A DNA stretch of 64,000 nt from an uncultured delta proteobacterium (GTDB lineage: Bacteria; Myxococcota_A; Polyangia; Fen-1088). A program made the translations under genes and the position numbers. This document shows, in pieces, positions 39,007-48,470 of this stretch. Below the pieces are notes generated by a model that was not told where the DNA came from, ran no database searches, and saw nothing but the letters and a program-made list of their open reading frames with translations. The stretch's first letter is position 1. Each line of letters opens with the position of its first letter. The stretch lies in contig CAWCMR010000025.1 in assembly GCA_963796685.1 (NCBI GenBank), positions 1,728,001-1,792,000 of the forward strand. Direction: 5' to 3'.

Positions 39007-40773
39007 TCAGTGCTGCGCGCTCAGATCTCGGGCCACGGCGAAGACCCCTTGGATGGCGCCGTTCGGGCCGCGGTAGGGTGTGGCATTGAACGAGACGGGA
39101 ATGTGTGCGCCGGAGCTGGAAACCAGGTCCAGACGATAGTCCCTGACTTGGCCACTGGCAAAGGTGGCGGCTACCCCGGCACGGGCGCGGTCGGTGTCTG
39201 TGAAGTAGGTCTCGAAGCGGGTTCCGACCAGGTGCTCACGCGCAACCCCGGTGAGCTTCTCGGCAGCGTGGTTGACGTCCGTAACGATGCCGTCGCGGCT
39301 GATGGTCACCATGAGGTCGAGCCCGCTCTCGATGAGACCGCGGGCGTAGGCGTGGGCCTGCTCGAGCTCGCGAATGAGCCGGCGAGTTTCGCGGATGTCG
39401 CGAGCCGCGGCGAACACACCTTGCACGACGTCGTCCGCGTCGCGGTAGACGGTGGCATTGAATGAAACCGGGATCGACGATCCGTCGGCCGCGACCCAAT
39501 CGAGCTCGTAGTTGCGGACCTGCCCCGTGGCCAGGGTCTCGGCCAAACCTTGGGCCGCGCGCGCGGGATCCGCGAAGAAATCTTGGAACTTGGCCCGCAG
39601 CAGCTGTTCGCGGGACCTTCCGCTGAGCTCGACGAGAGCCTGGTTGACATCGCTGACGGCGCCGGCAAGGTCGATCACCAGCAACGCATCCAAGCTCGCT
39701 TCGAGCAATCCTCGCGCGTAGGTCTTCGAGCGCGCGAGCTCGCCGAAGATCGCCACCGAGACGCGGTTGATGCACACGATAGCCTCGTGCACGAGGCCGT
39801 CGCTTCGATCGCGAAACACCATGGCGTTGAAGACCACGGGCACCGCTTCGGCGCCCTCGCGGTGCAACTTGCGCGGCACCGCGGTGCTCTTGCCTTGTGA
39901 AAAGCAATGCCCCAGGTCGGCGGCCAATGCCTGCGGGTTGGCGAAGAGGTCCGCCAGGTTGCGGCGAATGAGGTCGGCCCGGCGGTGGCCCACCAGGTCG
40001 CAGAAGGCCTCGTTGAGGTCGGTGATGATTCCTTGCTCGGTGACGGTCGCCTGCGGCTCGCCGAGGCCGCCGAGCAGGCCGGAGGTATAGTGGTGCGCGT
40101 AGTGCAACTGGCCGATGCGCTCTTCGGCGCGCTGAGCTTGCTTCTCGGCCGACGAGTCGACGGCGGCCTGGGACATGAGCTTGAGCAAGCTGTCGACGTT
40201 GGCACGGGTCGGGAACGCCCATTCATGGCGCGTGGGCAGGTATACGAGCTCGTGGATCACGAACGCCCCGTCCGCGTCGTCCTGCTGTTGCCGGCTCAGC
40301 TCGGCCAGGCGCTCGATGGTGCCGGCGTAGTCGACGAGATCGCCTTGGCCGTAGCCGGTACAGTAGGGCTTGATGGTCAACAGCGGCCCCCACGCGCCTC
40401 CGTCGAACAGCCAGAACGGGAACCACTTGCACACGATGTAGCGGTTGTCGTGCTTGGCGCACCGGTTGTGCTCGTCGAGAAACGGGCATGGATCGTAGGT
40501 GAAGGTCGCGGTCTTGCGCGCGTACCTGCAACACTCTCCGCACTGCACACAACGGTGCCGAGTCTTGCCCGGGATGACGAAGTGGCTCTTGGTAACGACG
40601 CGAACCAGCTCAGGGTCGCTGGTGGGCAGCCCTTGCTGCACCAGCCAGTCGCCTCGCGCCTGGGCGTCGAGCTGGTTGTAGGCTTCCAGCTTGGGCCAGA
40701 TGTCGGCCGGCCAGGCGCTGTGCCCTTGCCGGGCGGAAGAGGGGTGTCGTGCGCGTTTGGGTCTATGACTCAA
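39007..40773 (-). CDS. YkgJ-type CxxCxxCC domain fused to three PAS domains, no output domain
   Basis: CVQCGECC..CPFL..C..HDNR..CKWFPF..C; PAS repeats ARGLLEASLD..DVNQA..VRNYEL..PVSFNATVYRD..GVFAAARD; start uncertain. Confidence 0.82.
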   Translation of the reverse strand: MSHRPKRARHPSSARQGHSAWPADIWPKLEAYNQLDAQARGDWLVQQGLPTSDPELVRVVTKSHFVIPGKTRHRCVQCGECCRYARKTATFTYDPCPFLDEHNRCAKHDNRYIVCKWFPFWLFDGGAWGPLLTIKPYCTGYGQGDLVDYAGTIERLAELSRQQQDDADGAFVIHELVYLPTRHEWAFPTRANVDSLLKLMSQAAVDSSAEKQAQRAEERIGQLHYAHHYTSGLLGGLGEPQATVTEQGIITDLNEAFCDLVGHRRADLIRRNLADLFANPQALAADLGHCFSQGKSTAVPRKLHREGAEAVPVVFNAMVFRDRSDGLVHEAIVCINRVSVAIFGELARSKTYARGLLEASLDALLVIDLAGAVSDVNQALVELSGRSREQLLRAKFQDFFADPARAAQGLAETLATGQVRNYELDWVAADGSSIPVSFNATVYRDADDVVQGVFAAARDIRETRRLIRELEQAHAYARGLIESGLDLMVTISRDGIVTDVNHAAEKLTGVAREHLVGTRFETYFTDTDRARAGVAATFASGQVRDYRLDLVSSSGAHIPVSFNATPYRGPNGAIQGVFAVARDLSAQH

Positions 40774-40852
40774 TGTGGCCGTCGTTCTGCCACGAAGTGG
40801 CCATCCCAGAGTACCACGGAGTGGAAATGCTGCCCGTTGATGGCTGCGGGCG

Positions 40853-42478
40853 TTACTCCGTCACCGGCAATCCGTGCGCCTCGGCGAGCTGCTTGGTCAC
40901 GAACACCACGGCAACCCTGTCCGCGTACACGCGGCGCCAGCGCGGATCTTTGGCCAAGATGTCGGCGGCGCGGGCGAGGACGCCGCGCTGGATGAGGATG
41001 GCGGGGATCTCGTCGGGGCGGGCGTAGTCGATGCCGAGCGCTGCCTCCCAGCCGGGCTGGCCACGCCAGAGCTTGCGGAGGCCGTCGAGGTAACGTTCGA
41101 AGGTCTCTTGCGAGCTCAATTCCAGGCGCGGATCCATGAGCTCTTTGTGCGCCGGCGCGGTGTGGGCGATGCAAACCGCCGCTTGACTGATGTTGAAGGC
41201 CACGATGCGCTCGGGCAGATCGGGGCGCGCCAGGAACGCGCAGGCGTCGTGCGCGTACCATTGCTTGCGTTCGCCGAAGCCGATCGTCCGACCCTCGCCG
41301 GCCCAGGCGTAGAGTCCGCCCGAGGCGGTCGCGATGCCGAGCAGGACGATGGCGGCGAGCAGAAGCGGCTCGAGGTTGCGTTTGGCCGGAGCACCGGCAC
41401 CGGCACGACGAGCTCTCTTCGATGATTTCACGGCCGGTTTCGCCGGATTGGAAGCAGAGACCTCGTCGAAGTTCCACGTCATCACGAAAGCGGCGACCAG
41501 GGCGAATAGGGCGCTGTTGCGCGTGGCCTGCCATCCCAGGTAGGCGGCGGCAGAGAAGAGGAGCAACCGAAAGAGGCTTGGCCGCGCTCGGCGCCCCTGC
41601 AGGACGAAACTGAGGACTCCTAGACCGAGCACGGCGAAGTAGGCGAGAAGGTAGGGATTGTCGATGCCCGCGATGGCCACGAAGTCGCCGATGGTCTTGA
41701 GCTCGCCAATATTCGCCCGATAGATGCCGGTGCTGCCCAGCTTGTGAAACTGCTCGAGAGGCAGCGTGACGGCCTTCGTACCGTAAGGATTCACCAAGCA
41801 CGCCAGCAGCGTCGCGCCGCCGACGAGAAGAACCTGCCCAAGCGGCGGCCGCGCAGGTGCTACCGCCAGCGGCCACCGGCGGTAGGCCAACGACTCAGCG
41901 ACGTAGGCCGAAAGGACCATGGGGCCAAGCACGAAGAAGCCGTGGCAATTGACCCACAAGATTTGAATCGCCGGCAGAAGCCACAACCAGCGCGGTCGCT
42001 CGCCGGCACGGCCGAGCACGGCGAGAAACCCGGCGAGAAAGAGCAGCGAAAAGAGCTCGGGCCTTTCGCACAGCCGCCCCGTGAACATTACGACCCCGGG
42101 CAGCCAGGCGATGACGATGGGCCAAGTCTTGCCGCCACGCCGCCGCGCCGCCAGCGAGAGCGCGACGACGGCGGTTCCGCACGCGGCCTTGAGCAAGACC
42201 AGCGCGGTTGCGCCGCCCATTCGATAGAGCAGGGCAAGTCCGACCTGGAACAGCCAGTAGATATCGATCCACGTCCGGGTCGCATTGGTGTACGTGAACC
42301 AGTCGGTGTGCGGGATCTCGCCGCGCTCGAGGATGAGCTGCCCGGTACGTAGGTGCCACCACACGTCGAAGTCCGCCATGGGAAAACAGCCGAGAAGAAA
42401 CGTCAGCGCCAGCAAAGACAGAAGCACGGCCAGCCGCCACCTCCGCCGAGCGTTCGCGGGCGCACCGGGCGAAGTCAT
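40853..42478 (-). CDS. Multi-pass membrane protein, GT-C glycosyltransferase-like
   Basis: DVWWHLRTGQLI..IPHTDWFTYT..W..WLFQV, RPELFS, LWVNCHG.F.LG, LVNPYG, MDPRLEL; ATGA-coupled to GT2. Confidence 0.72.
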   Translation of the reverse strand: MTSPGAPANARRRWRLAVLLSLLALTFLLGCFPMADFDVWWHLRTGQLILERGEIPHTDWFTYTNATRTWIDIYWLFQVGLALLYRMGGATALVLLKAACGTAVVALSLAARRRGGKTWPIVIAWLPGVVMFTGRLCERPELFSLLFLAGFLAVLGRAGERPRWLWLLPAIQILWVNCHGFFVLGPMVLSAYVAESLAYRRWPLAVAPARPPLGQVLLVGGATLLACLVNPYGTKAVTLPLEQFHKLGSTGIYRANIGELKTIGDFVAIAGIDNPYLLAYFAVLGLGVLSFVLQGRRARPSLFRLLLFSAAAYLGWQATRNSALFALVAAFVMTWNFDEVSASNPAKPAVKSSKRARRAGAGAPAKRNLEPLLLAAIVLLGIATASGGLYAWAGEGRTIGFGERKQWYAHDACAFLARPDLPERIVAFNISQAAVCIAHTAPAHKELMDPRLELSSQETFERYLDGLRKLWRGQPGWEAALGIDYARPDEIPAILIQRGVLARAADILAKDPRWRRVYADRVAVVFVTKQLAEAHGLPVTE

Positions 42479-43191
42479 GCGCGCCTCTGCTTGCCTTGCA
42501 AGCGAATCCGCAGCAGGACCCACAGTGCGCGCAAACCATCGATGGGTCTGACCTTCTTGCCTTCCTTGAAGGTTCGCGGCTGGTAGCGCACCGGGATCTC
42601 GTGGATGGTGTGGCCCGCTTGCAGCAGACGGGCCACGAGCTCGGGATCGAAATCGAACCCTTCGGCGCCGAGGACGATGCCGTCAAGTGCGCTGCGACGA
42701 AAGGACTTCATTCCGGTGGGCTCGTCTGTGACGTGGCTGCCGAAGAGCAGGTTGGTCCAGGCGCTGAGCGTGCGTCCGCCGAGATAGTAGTGGTAGTAGA
42801 TGCAGCGGGCGTCGTGGCCGAGCAAGCGCGACCCGAACACGACCGACACCGCGGGATCGGCATAAGGCGCAAGCAAGCGCGCGTAATCGGTCGGATCCCA
42901 TTCCTGATCCGCATCTTGGATCACGACGATGTCCCCCGGCGCTGTCGCCAGGCCCCTGCGCACGGCCGCCCCCTTGCCCCGGTTGTGGGGCAGGGTGATG
43001 AGTCGGGAGATATCGGGATTTCGGCTGACGAAGCCGGCGGCGATCCGGTTCGATCCGTCGCGCGAGCCGTCGTCGACCAGCACGAGCTCGCGGGTCATCC
43101 CCGGCGGCAGCGGGGCCTCCGCGACCCGCTCCAGCTGCACGCCCAGGGTCCGCTCTTCATTGAAGAAGGGCGTGATGATGGAGACCAACAT
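42475..43191 (-). CDS. GT2 glycosyltransferase, DPM1-like
   Basis: SIITPFFNE, VDDGSRDGS, NRGKGAAVR.G, IQDADQEWDP, VVFGSR, TDEPTGMK, EIPVRYQPR..EGKK. Confidence 0.92.
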   Translation of the reverse strand: MLVSIITPFFNEERTLGVQLERVAEAPLPPGMTRELVLVDDGSRDGSNRIAAGFVSRNPDISRLITLPHNRGKGAAVRRGLATAPGDIVVIQDADQEWDPTDYARLLAPYADPAVSVVFGSRLLGHDARCIYYHYYLGGRTLSAWTNLLFGSHVTDEPTGMKSFRRSALDGIVLGAEGFDFDPELVARLLQAGHTIHEIPVRYQPRTFKEGKKVRPIDGLRALWVLLRIRLQGKQRRA

Positions 43192-43350
43192 GCGTCGGAT
43201 CCCTATCCTCGCTGCGGACGTACGGCGTGCATGAGTGGAAGTCTTGCGTGAGCCTCACCCTAATCCAACTTGCGAGGCCCGTCGATGCCTTGCCGGACGA
43301 CTTTTCTACCTGGTCGAATTCACCGACAGTCGTACACTTGGCTTACGAGC

Positions 43351-43812
43351 ATGAAGAATGGCGAGCGAGACAAGGTTGACGGGGTGGTAGGGCTCGTGCG
43401 TGAGACCGCGGATGCCCTAGGGCGGCTCACCGTCCAGCACTTGCGACTCGCTCGTTTGGAAATCAAGGCCGACTTGCGCGTCATGGGGCGGCAGGCCGGT
43501 CTCATCGCGGTGCTGGCCGCGCTGGTGACCGTGGGCTACGGCTTGACCATGGCCGGCCTTGCGTTCGTTCTTGGCGACGGCACAGCGGTCGGCATTCCCC
43601 TGCTCGTCATCGGCGCGGTCCACATAGCGGGGGCTGGCGTGGGCATTCTCATCGCCATGTCTCGCTTGCGCCGACTGCACCTCATGAATGCCACGGCCGA
43701 CGAAATGAACCAAAGCCTGGCGCCGCTCGGGCTCGGCACCACCTCGGAACCGACGTCCGTACCGATGCCCGCTCGCACGGAGGCCAGTCCACGCACGGGG
43801 GCCAATCCATGA
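43351..43812 (+). CDS. YqjE/phage-holin_3_6-like membrane protein
   Basis: GLVRETADALGRL..HLRLARLEIK followed by two TM helices. Confidence 0.7.
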   Translation: MKNGERDKVDGVVGLVRETADALGRLTVQHLRLARLEIKADLRVMGRQAGLIAVLAALVTVGYGLTMAGLAFVLGDGTAVGIPLLVIGAVHIAGAGVGILIAMSRLRRLHLMNATADEMNQSLAPLGLGTTSEPTSVPMPARTEASPRTGANP

Positions 43813-44054
43813 CCGCGGCCAAGAACGACGACCATGGCGTTCGCGATCCCGAGATCTTGCGCACCGAGGCCGAGATCGCGCGCACGCGCGAGGCGGTCGC
43901 CTCGTCGGTTGCGGCGCTGCAGAGCGAGATATCGCGTACGCTCGATTGGCGCGAGTGGGTTCGCCGACGACCGCTGTTGGCCGTGGCCTTGGCGTTCGGC
44001 GTTGGCGCCTTGCTGGGCGGCTGGCGTCCCCAATTCCGCCCCAGGGGTGGTTGA
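43809..44054 (+). CDS. DUF3618-like small protein
   Basis: EAEIARTREAVASSVAALQ..DWREWVRRRPLLAVALAFGVGALLG; ATGA overlap. Confidence 0.72.
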   Translation: MTAAKNDDHGVRDPEILRTEAEIARTREAVASSVAALQSEISRTLDWREWVRRRPLLAVALAFGVGALLGGWRPQFRPRGG

Positions 44055-44080
44055 GCGAAAAGACATCAAGGAGGCTCGAC

Positions 44081-44287
44081 ATGGATACGACGGTTATCGA
44101 GGATCAAGAACGACACGGTGAGGGTGACGATGGCTTGCGCCCGCGCATCCAAGAATTGAAGGAGCGAATCGTGTCGCTCAACGACCGGGCCAAGGGGTTC
44201 ATCAAGGCGCACCCCGCGGCCTGTCTGATGGGCGCCTTGGGGATTGGATACCTCTTCGCGCGCATCGCCCGCCGGGGAGGTAGGTGA
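44081..44287 (+). CDS. DUF883/ElaB-YqjD-like tail-anchored protein
   Basis: AAGGAGG RBS; FIKAHPAACLMGALGIGYLFARIARR. Confidence 0.7.
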   Translation: MDTTVIEDQERHGEGDDGLRPRIQELKERIVSLNDRAKGFIKAHPAACLMGALGIGYLFARIARRGGR

Positions 44288-44575
44288 CCACCATGCAAGC
44301 AGCCGAGAGCAGTCTTGTCGATCTCGTGAAGGATATCTTGGACATCGAGGGCCGCGTGGACCGCAATCCGTATGGGATGATGGCCGGCGCCATGGCTGCC
44401 GGTTTCATCCTGGGCGGTGGACTTTTCACGCGGATGATGGAAAGGGTGGCGGGCGCAGCCCTGCGCGTCGGCGTGATGGCCGCGCTGCCGCGCCTCGAAG
44501 AAAAAATTCGGATGGTCGACGGGACGCGCCGCAAACGGGGCGAGAACACCTGGCGAAAAAGGAGAATCAACATGA
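44284..44575 (+). CDS. Small membrane protein (3' end uncertain; in frame with the next gene as given)
   Basis: DIEGRVDRNPYGMMAGAMAAGFILGGGLF; GTGA overlap with previous gene; a probable indel in an A run fuses it to the YtxH gene. Confidence 0.5.
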
Positions 44576-44841
44576 AGCTGCAAGACTTGAAAGACATGGA
44601 CAAGGATGACTTTCTGGGCCTCATCGGGCTACAGACCAAGCGCTCTTTCACAGGCGATCTGCTGGGCACGCTGGGCACGTTCGGCATCGGCCTCTTGGTC
44701 GGCGCCGGTGTCGCCCTGATGCTCGCGCCCAAACCCGGACGCGATCTGCGCCACGACATCCGCTCGAAGATCCGCCACGGCAAAGGCGAAGGCACCGAAA
44801 AGAGCCCCGACGGCGCGGGCGCGAGCACGAGCGAGGCTTAG
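44572..44841 (+). CDS. YtxH-domain protein
   Basis: AAGGAG RBS then ATG 44572; FGIGLLVGAGVALMLAPKPGRDLR. Confidence 0.75.
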   Translation: MKLQDLKDMDKDDFLGLIGLQTKRSFTGDLLGTLGTFGIGLLVGAGVALMLAPKPGRDLRHDIRSKIRHGKGEGTEKSPDGAGASTSEA

Positions 44842-44938
44842 CGCTGTGCTTGCCGTGCCGTGCGCAGTGGGGCGGCCGGCGTGCGCAGCGCGCTGGATGG
44901 GGGCCGGTGTGTGCGCGCCGCGCCTCGCTGCGCCGGGG

Positions 44939-46101
44939 TCAGCCTAGGATCTTCGTGAGGAACGATAGGACGAAGAGCAGTCCGCTGATGGCACCGAGGA
45001 CGATGCCGGCCATGGCACCGACCCTGGCCTTCTCGGCCTTGGCGGCAATCCTCTGTGCGGTGTCGGACTCCTTGAGCGATCGCAGGACATAGATCCCGTT
45101 GCCGATGGCTGCGACCGACAGCAGTCCCCAGGGATTGAACACGAAACTGGCCAGGGCGAATTCGAAGGCCTGCAGCGAATGCTCCAGCCCACAGCCGAGG
45201 GTGCCCAGGTTGGTGGCCAGGCACGAAAAAACCGTACCGATGTCCCCGGTGTAGTTCACTCCCAGCCCCTTGTTGTTCTCGAGCCACAAGGCGCTGGCAT
45301 CGGTCAGGCCACAGGCTTGCGCGCCGATCGTCTGGAACCTGCCCAAGTCGCCATAGGCGCTCGACGAGCCGTCCGACAGAGTTTTGGGTCCGCAACTTCC
45401 GTTCGAATAGGCGGCGCCGCTGCCGAGGTCGCTGTCGATCAAGGCGATGCGCAGATCGGGCAAGCTGCCGTCGCTGGGATCCTTGAGGGCGTCGAGCAGT
45501 CGGGGAAACTGCGATTGCAGCTTCGCCTGCTTGAGCGCCATGGACGGCGAGTTGTCGATCATGAAGATGAGGTCGAGCATCCGGTTAGGGGCGACTGCGA
45601 GCTGGAACGGGCTCGGTAACGAACCGTCGGCCAGATCGTCCAGGGTCGTGGCATCCGAGATCGGCAGGGCGGAGTCCTTCTTGAGCAGGGCAGGCGTGTC
45701 CGCGGCGTCGTCAGGCGATGGCATCACCGTCGCGTCGGGCGCATCATCCGTTTCCTGGTCGATGTCTTTCGCGGCATCGGGCGAGATCGCGTCGTAGACG
45801 GCGATGCCCGCGTCCGGTGATTGGCCCGGCCATCGGCCTCGCTGGCCGCGGTCTCGGGTTGGGTCGGCGAAACCTCGACGGCGTCGGCGCCCGAAACACC
45901 ATCCGACCTCGCCGACCAAGTATCCGTTGCGGTGTCGCCAGCCAGCGCACTGTCCATTGTGTTGCCGTCGCTCTTGCCCTGACCGACCTCCGAGGCGTCG
46001 TTCGGCGACATCTTTCCGGTGTGCGTGCCATGATTGCAGCCCGCGAGGGAGAAGATTGGCAGCGCAAGACAAGCGATTTTCAGCGGCGTCGAAATGCTGA
46101 T
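44939..46101 (-). pseudogene. Truncated vWA-like lipoprotein fused to an unrelated membrane-protein tail
   Basis: Lipobox FSLAGC with ATC where ATG is expected; frameshift near 45830; LDLIFMIDNSPSM MIDAS-like motif; after GCGLEHSLQAFEFAL the sequence switches to two TM helices. Confidence 0.55.
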
Positions 46102-46196
46102 GGTATCCCTTCCCCAGGGGATCGGAATGGGTGACGACGCGATTCTCTCTCAAATCGAAAAATTCGCAATGAGCCGCTGGAATACGAGACTGGTTG

Positions 46197-46784
46197 CTAG
46201 GGAACGACTTGGATGGCGCCGGACATGGCGTCGCCCTGGGGATCTCCATGGTCGAGGCAGTGGTAACCATAGATGCCGACGGCGTCCATCTCGAAGGAGG
46301 CCGCCGTGGCCGTGTCGCGGTATTCGAGCAACAGCTCGGGGCCGCAGGAAGGCGTCAGGGGATGGCGGATGAAGTCCCCGGAGAAGGTCACGATCTGGCC
46401 CACGCGGACCATGAGACATTTCGGATCGTAGCTGTAGTCTTGAAAATGCACGGTTCGGTCGGCAGCTGCGGCCGTCGCATCCACGAACGACGCACAACCG
46501 GCAAAGGCTGCCTGGCAGGCCAGGCCCGCCTCGGCAAAGGAAGAATCGACAACCGCGCCTTCGGCGTCGAGTGCGAGGGGACCTGACGCCTCGTTGATGG
46601 AATCGTCAAGGCTCGCGTCGACTGCAGCGTTGTTCTGACCCGTGTCCAAGGAGGGGGAAGCATCGAACACGGACAACCCCCGAGGCGAGCTCAGTGAGCA
46701 TCCCGCGAGGATCGGGACCACTACCAGGGGCACCCCCCTGGCAGTGGCGTTGGCAACGAGCATGTGCAGCCGGGTCGGCTTCAT
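46197..46784 (-). CDS. Cupredoxin/plastocyanin-like lipoprotein
   Basis: Lipobox LAGC; YDPKCL.V.VGQ.VTF..HPL..GIYGYHCLDH.....MSGAIQV type-1 copper ligands (H, C, H, M). Confidence 0.85.
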   Translation of the reverse strand: MKPTRLHMLVANATARGVPLVVVPILAGCSLSSPRGLSVFDASPSLDTGQNNAAVDASLDDSINEASGPLALDAEGAVVDSSFAEAGLACQAAFAGCASFVDATAAAADRTVHFQDYSYDPKCLMVRVGQIVTFSGDFIRHPLTPSCGPELLLEYRDTATAASFEMDAVGIYGYHCLDHGDPQGDAMSGAIQVVP

Positions 46785-46793
46785 CGAAGTATT

Positions 46794-48179
46794 CTAGGGC
46801 TTGCCAATCTGTCCGCGAATCTCGCCACCCGGATTGGTGGCCGTTTGGACGCTGACATAGAGGTTACCCGCATTGAGATTCGTGAGGTCCCCGGCCGTCA
46901 TGGTCTGGGTACCCGCTGCCCCATTGGCGGTGAGCGTGAGAGGATACAAGACGTTTCCGTTGACACCGGCCGCACCCATGTTGACATCCGAACCCGTCGT
47001 GATGAGCCCGGTGAAGGCGGCTTGGTAGCGAAGGCTCGTGCCCTGCGGGTCCAGAATGAACTGGGCTCCGCCGGTGGCCGAGGTAGTGACCGGAGGAACC
47101 TCGTTCGCACCGCTCAGCGAAGCCGAGTACAGCACCTCCCCCGGCATCATGAGCTGGCCACGCAGCTCGCCGCCAGGGTTCGCGGCCGTGTGCACATTGA
47201 CGTACCAAAGGCCGGCCGCAAGATCTTGTGCATCCGTGCCGGACAAGGCGATCGTTCCATCCATGACGGCGGCGATGGGCGAGAAGGGATGAATGACCGC
47301 GCCGGCAATGGTCGCAATGCCCTTGTGGATGTGCGCATTGGTCAACGTCAGGCCCGTCGTGTTCACGTGATAGCGGAGGCTCGTCTTTGCGGCGTCGAGA
47401 ATGACGGCTGCCGTTCCCGTGCCCGTGCTCGTCACCGGCGGGGTCTCCTGACTTCCCGTCAAAGTCGCCACCCAAAGCGAATCTCCGGGGTGCAGGATTT
47501 GTCCGCGAATTTCGCCGCCCGGGTGGGACGTCGAATGGACGTTCACGTACATCTTGCCCTGTTCCAGGTTGTCGGCATCGGTCGCGGTGATGGTCAGGGT
47601 TCCACTCATGGTCGACCCGAAGGGCGTGAACGGGTAGACGATGGCGCCGTTCTCGCCGGCCGCGGCCAGGTGGATGTGCGAGGCCGTCCCCCCAACCACG
47701 TCGTGGGTCACGAGGTACATCAGCTGCGTCCGGTCGGCGCTGAGCGTGAAGGTGGCCGATCCTGTCGCGGTGGTCACGACGGGCGGCACCTCTTGCGCAC
47801 CCGTCAGAACCGCCGTGTAGGTCACTATCGACCCGGCCTCGCCGCCGCCCTCCGATCCCGCGACATCCACGGTTCCCGCGACATCCACGGCGGAGGCGTC
47901 CACGTGCGCCGAATCGAGCGCGGTTCCAAGGTCGCCACCACCTCCCGAGTCGATGGCGACGTCGGCGATCGCGGCGTCGTGTACCGGCAGGGTATCGATG
48001 CCCGCCGCATCCACGGTCGGCGACGCGTCCGTGATCGGCGCGTCGATCGCGGCGTCATGCTTGGTACCGCCGCCGGCATCGTACGGCATGTTTGCGTCGG
48101 GTGGACTGCTGCTGCTGCTACCGCAGCCCGCAATTGCCAATCCCGTAAACAAGAAACAGAACCAGTATGATCGAATCAT
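46794..48179 (-). CDS. Triple CHRD-domain lipoprotein
   Basis: Lipobox IAGC; three repeats of LxGxxExPPVxTxxTGxA...YVxVx...PGGExRGQ. Confidence 0.92.
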   Translation of the reverse strand: MIRSYWFCFLFTGLAIAGCGSSSSSPPDANMPYDAGGGTKHDAAIDAPITDASPTVDAAGIDTLPVHDAAIADVAIDSGGGGDLGTALDSAHVDASAVDVAGTVDVAGSEGGGEAGSIVTYTAVLTGAQEVPPVVTTATGSATFTLSADRTQLMYLVTHDVVGGTASHIHLAAAGENGAIVYPFTPFGSTMSGTLTITATDADNLEQGKMYVNVHSTSHPGGEIRGQILHPGDSLWVATLTGSQETPPVTSTGTGTAAVILDAAKTSLRYHVNTTGLTLTNAHIHKGIATIAGAVIHPFSPIAAVMDGTIALSGTDAQDLAAGLWYVNVHTAANPGGELRGQLMMPGEVLYSASLSGANEVPPVTTSATGGAQFILDPQGTSLRYQAAFTGLITTGSDVNMGAAGVNGNVLYPLTLTANGAAGTQTMTAGDLTNLNAGNLYVSVQTATNPGGEIRGQIGKP

Positions 48180-48470
48180 TATTGTCTCTCCTGGTCATTA
48201 TGGACTGAAGACTGCCGTTCGCACGGCAGTGGATCACCGTTCGTGTGGAATTACCCGATGCACTTACCATGCGCCACATTCGGGGCAAGCCGATCCAGGC
48301 CAGGAGGAGAGGCCGATCACACGAGGTCGTGCCTCGGCAATCGAGATTCGTAACTGGCGTGCTCGGCACGCATCTAAATACGGATCGGGTGGTGAAGCGC
48401 GCCACCCTGGTCCGCCTGCCTGGTCCAGGGAGGCACCGCTGTTGGGGTTCCGCTATAGTCTGACCTTCGC

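Noticed and set aside
43351-43812. Holin-like gene as evidence of a prophage
   Set aside because: It lies in a YqjE/DUF3618/DUF883/YtxH-type cluster with no phage genes nearby.
44284-44841. Novel fusion of a membrane protein with YtxH
   Set aside because: An internal AAGGAG plus ATG and an ATGA overlap at 44572 indicate two genes joined by an indel in an A run.
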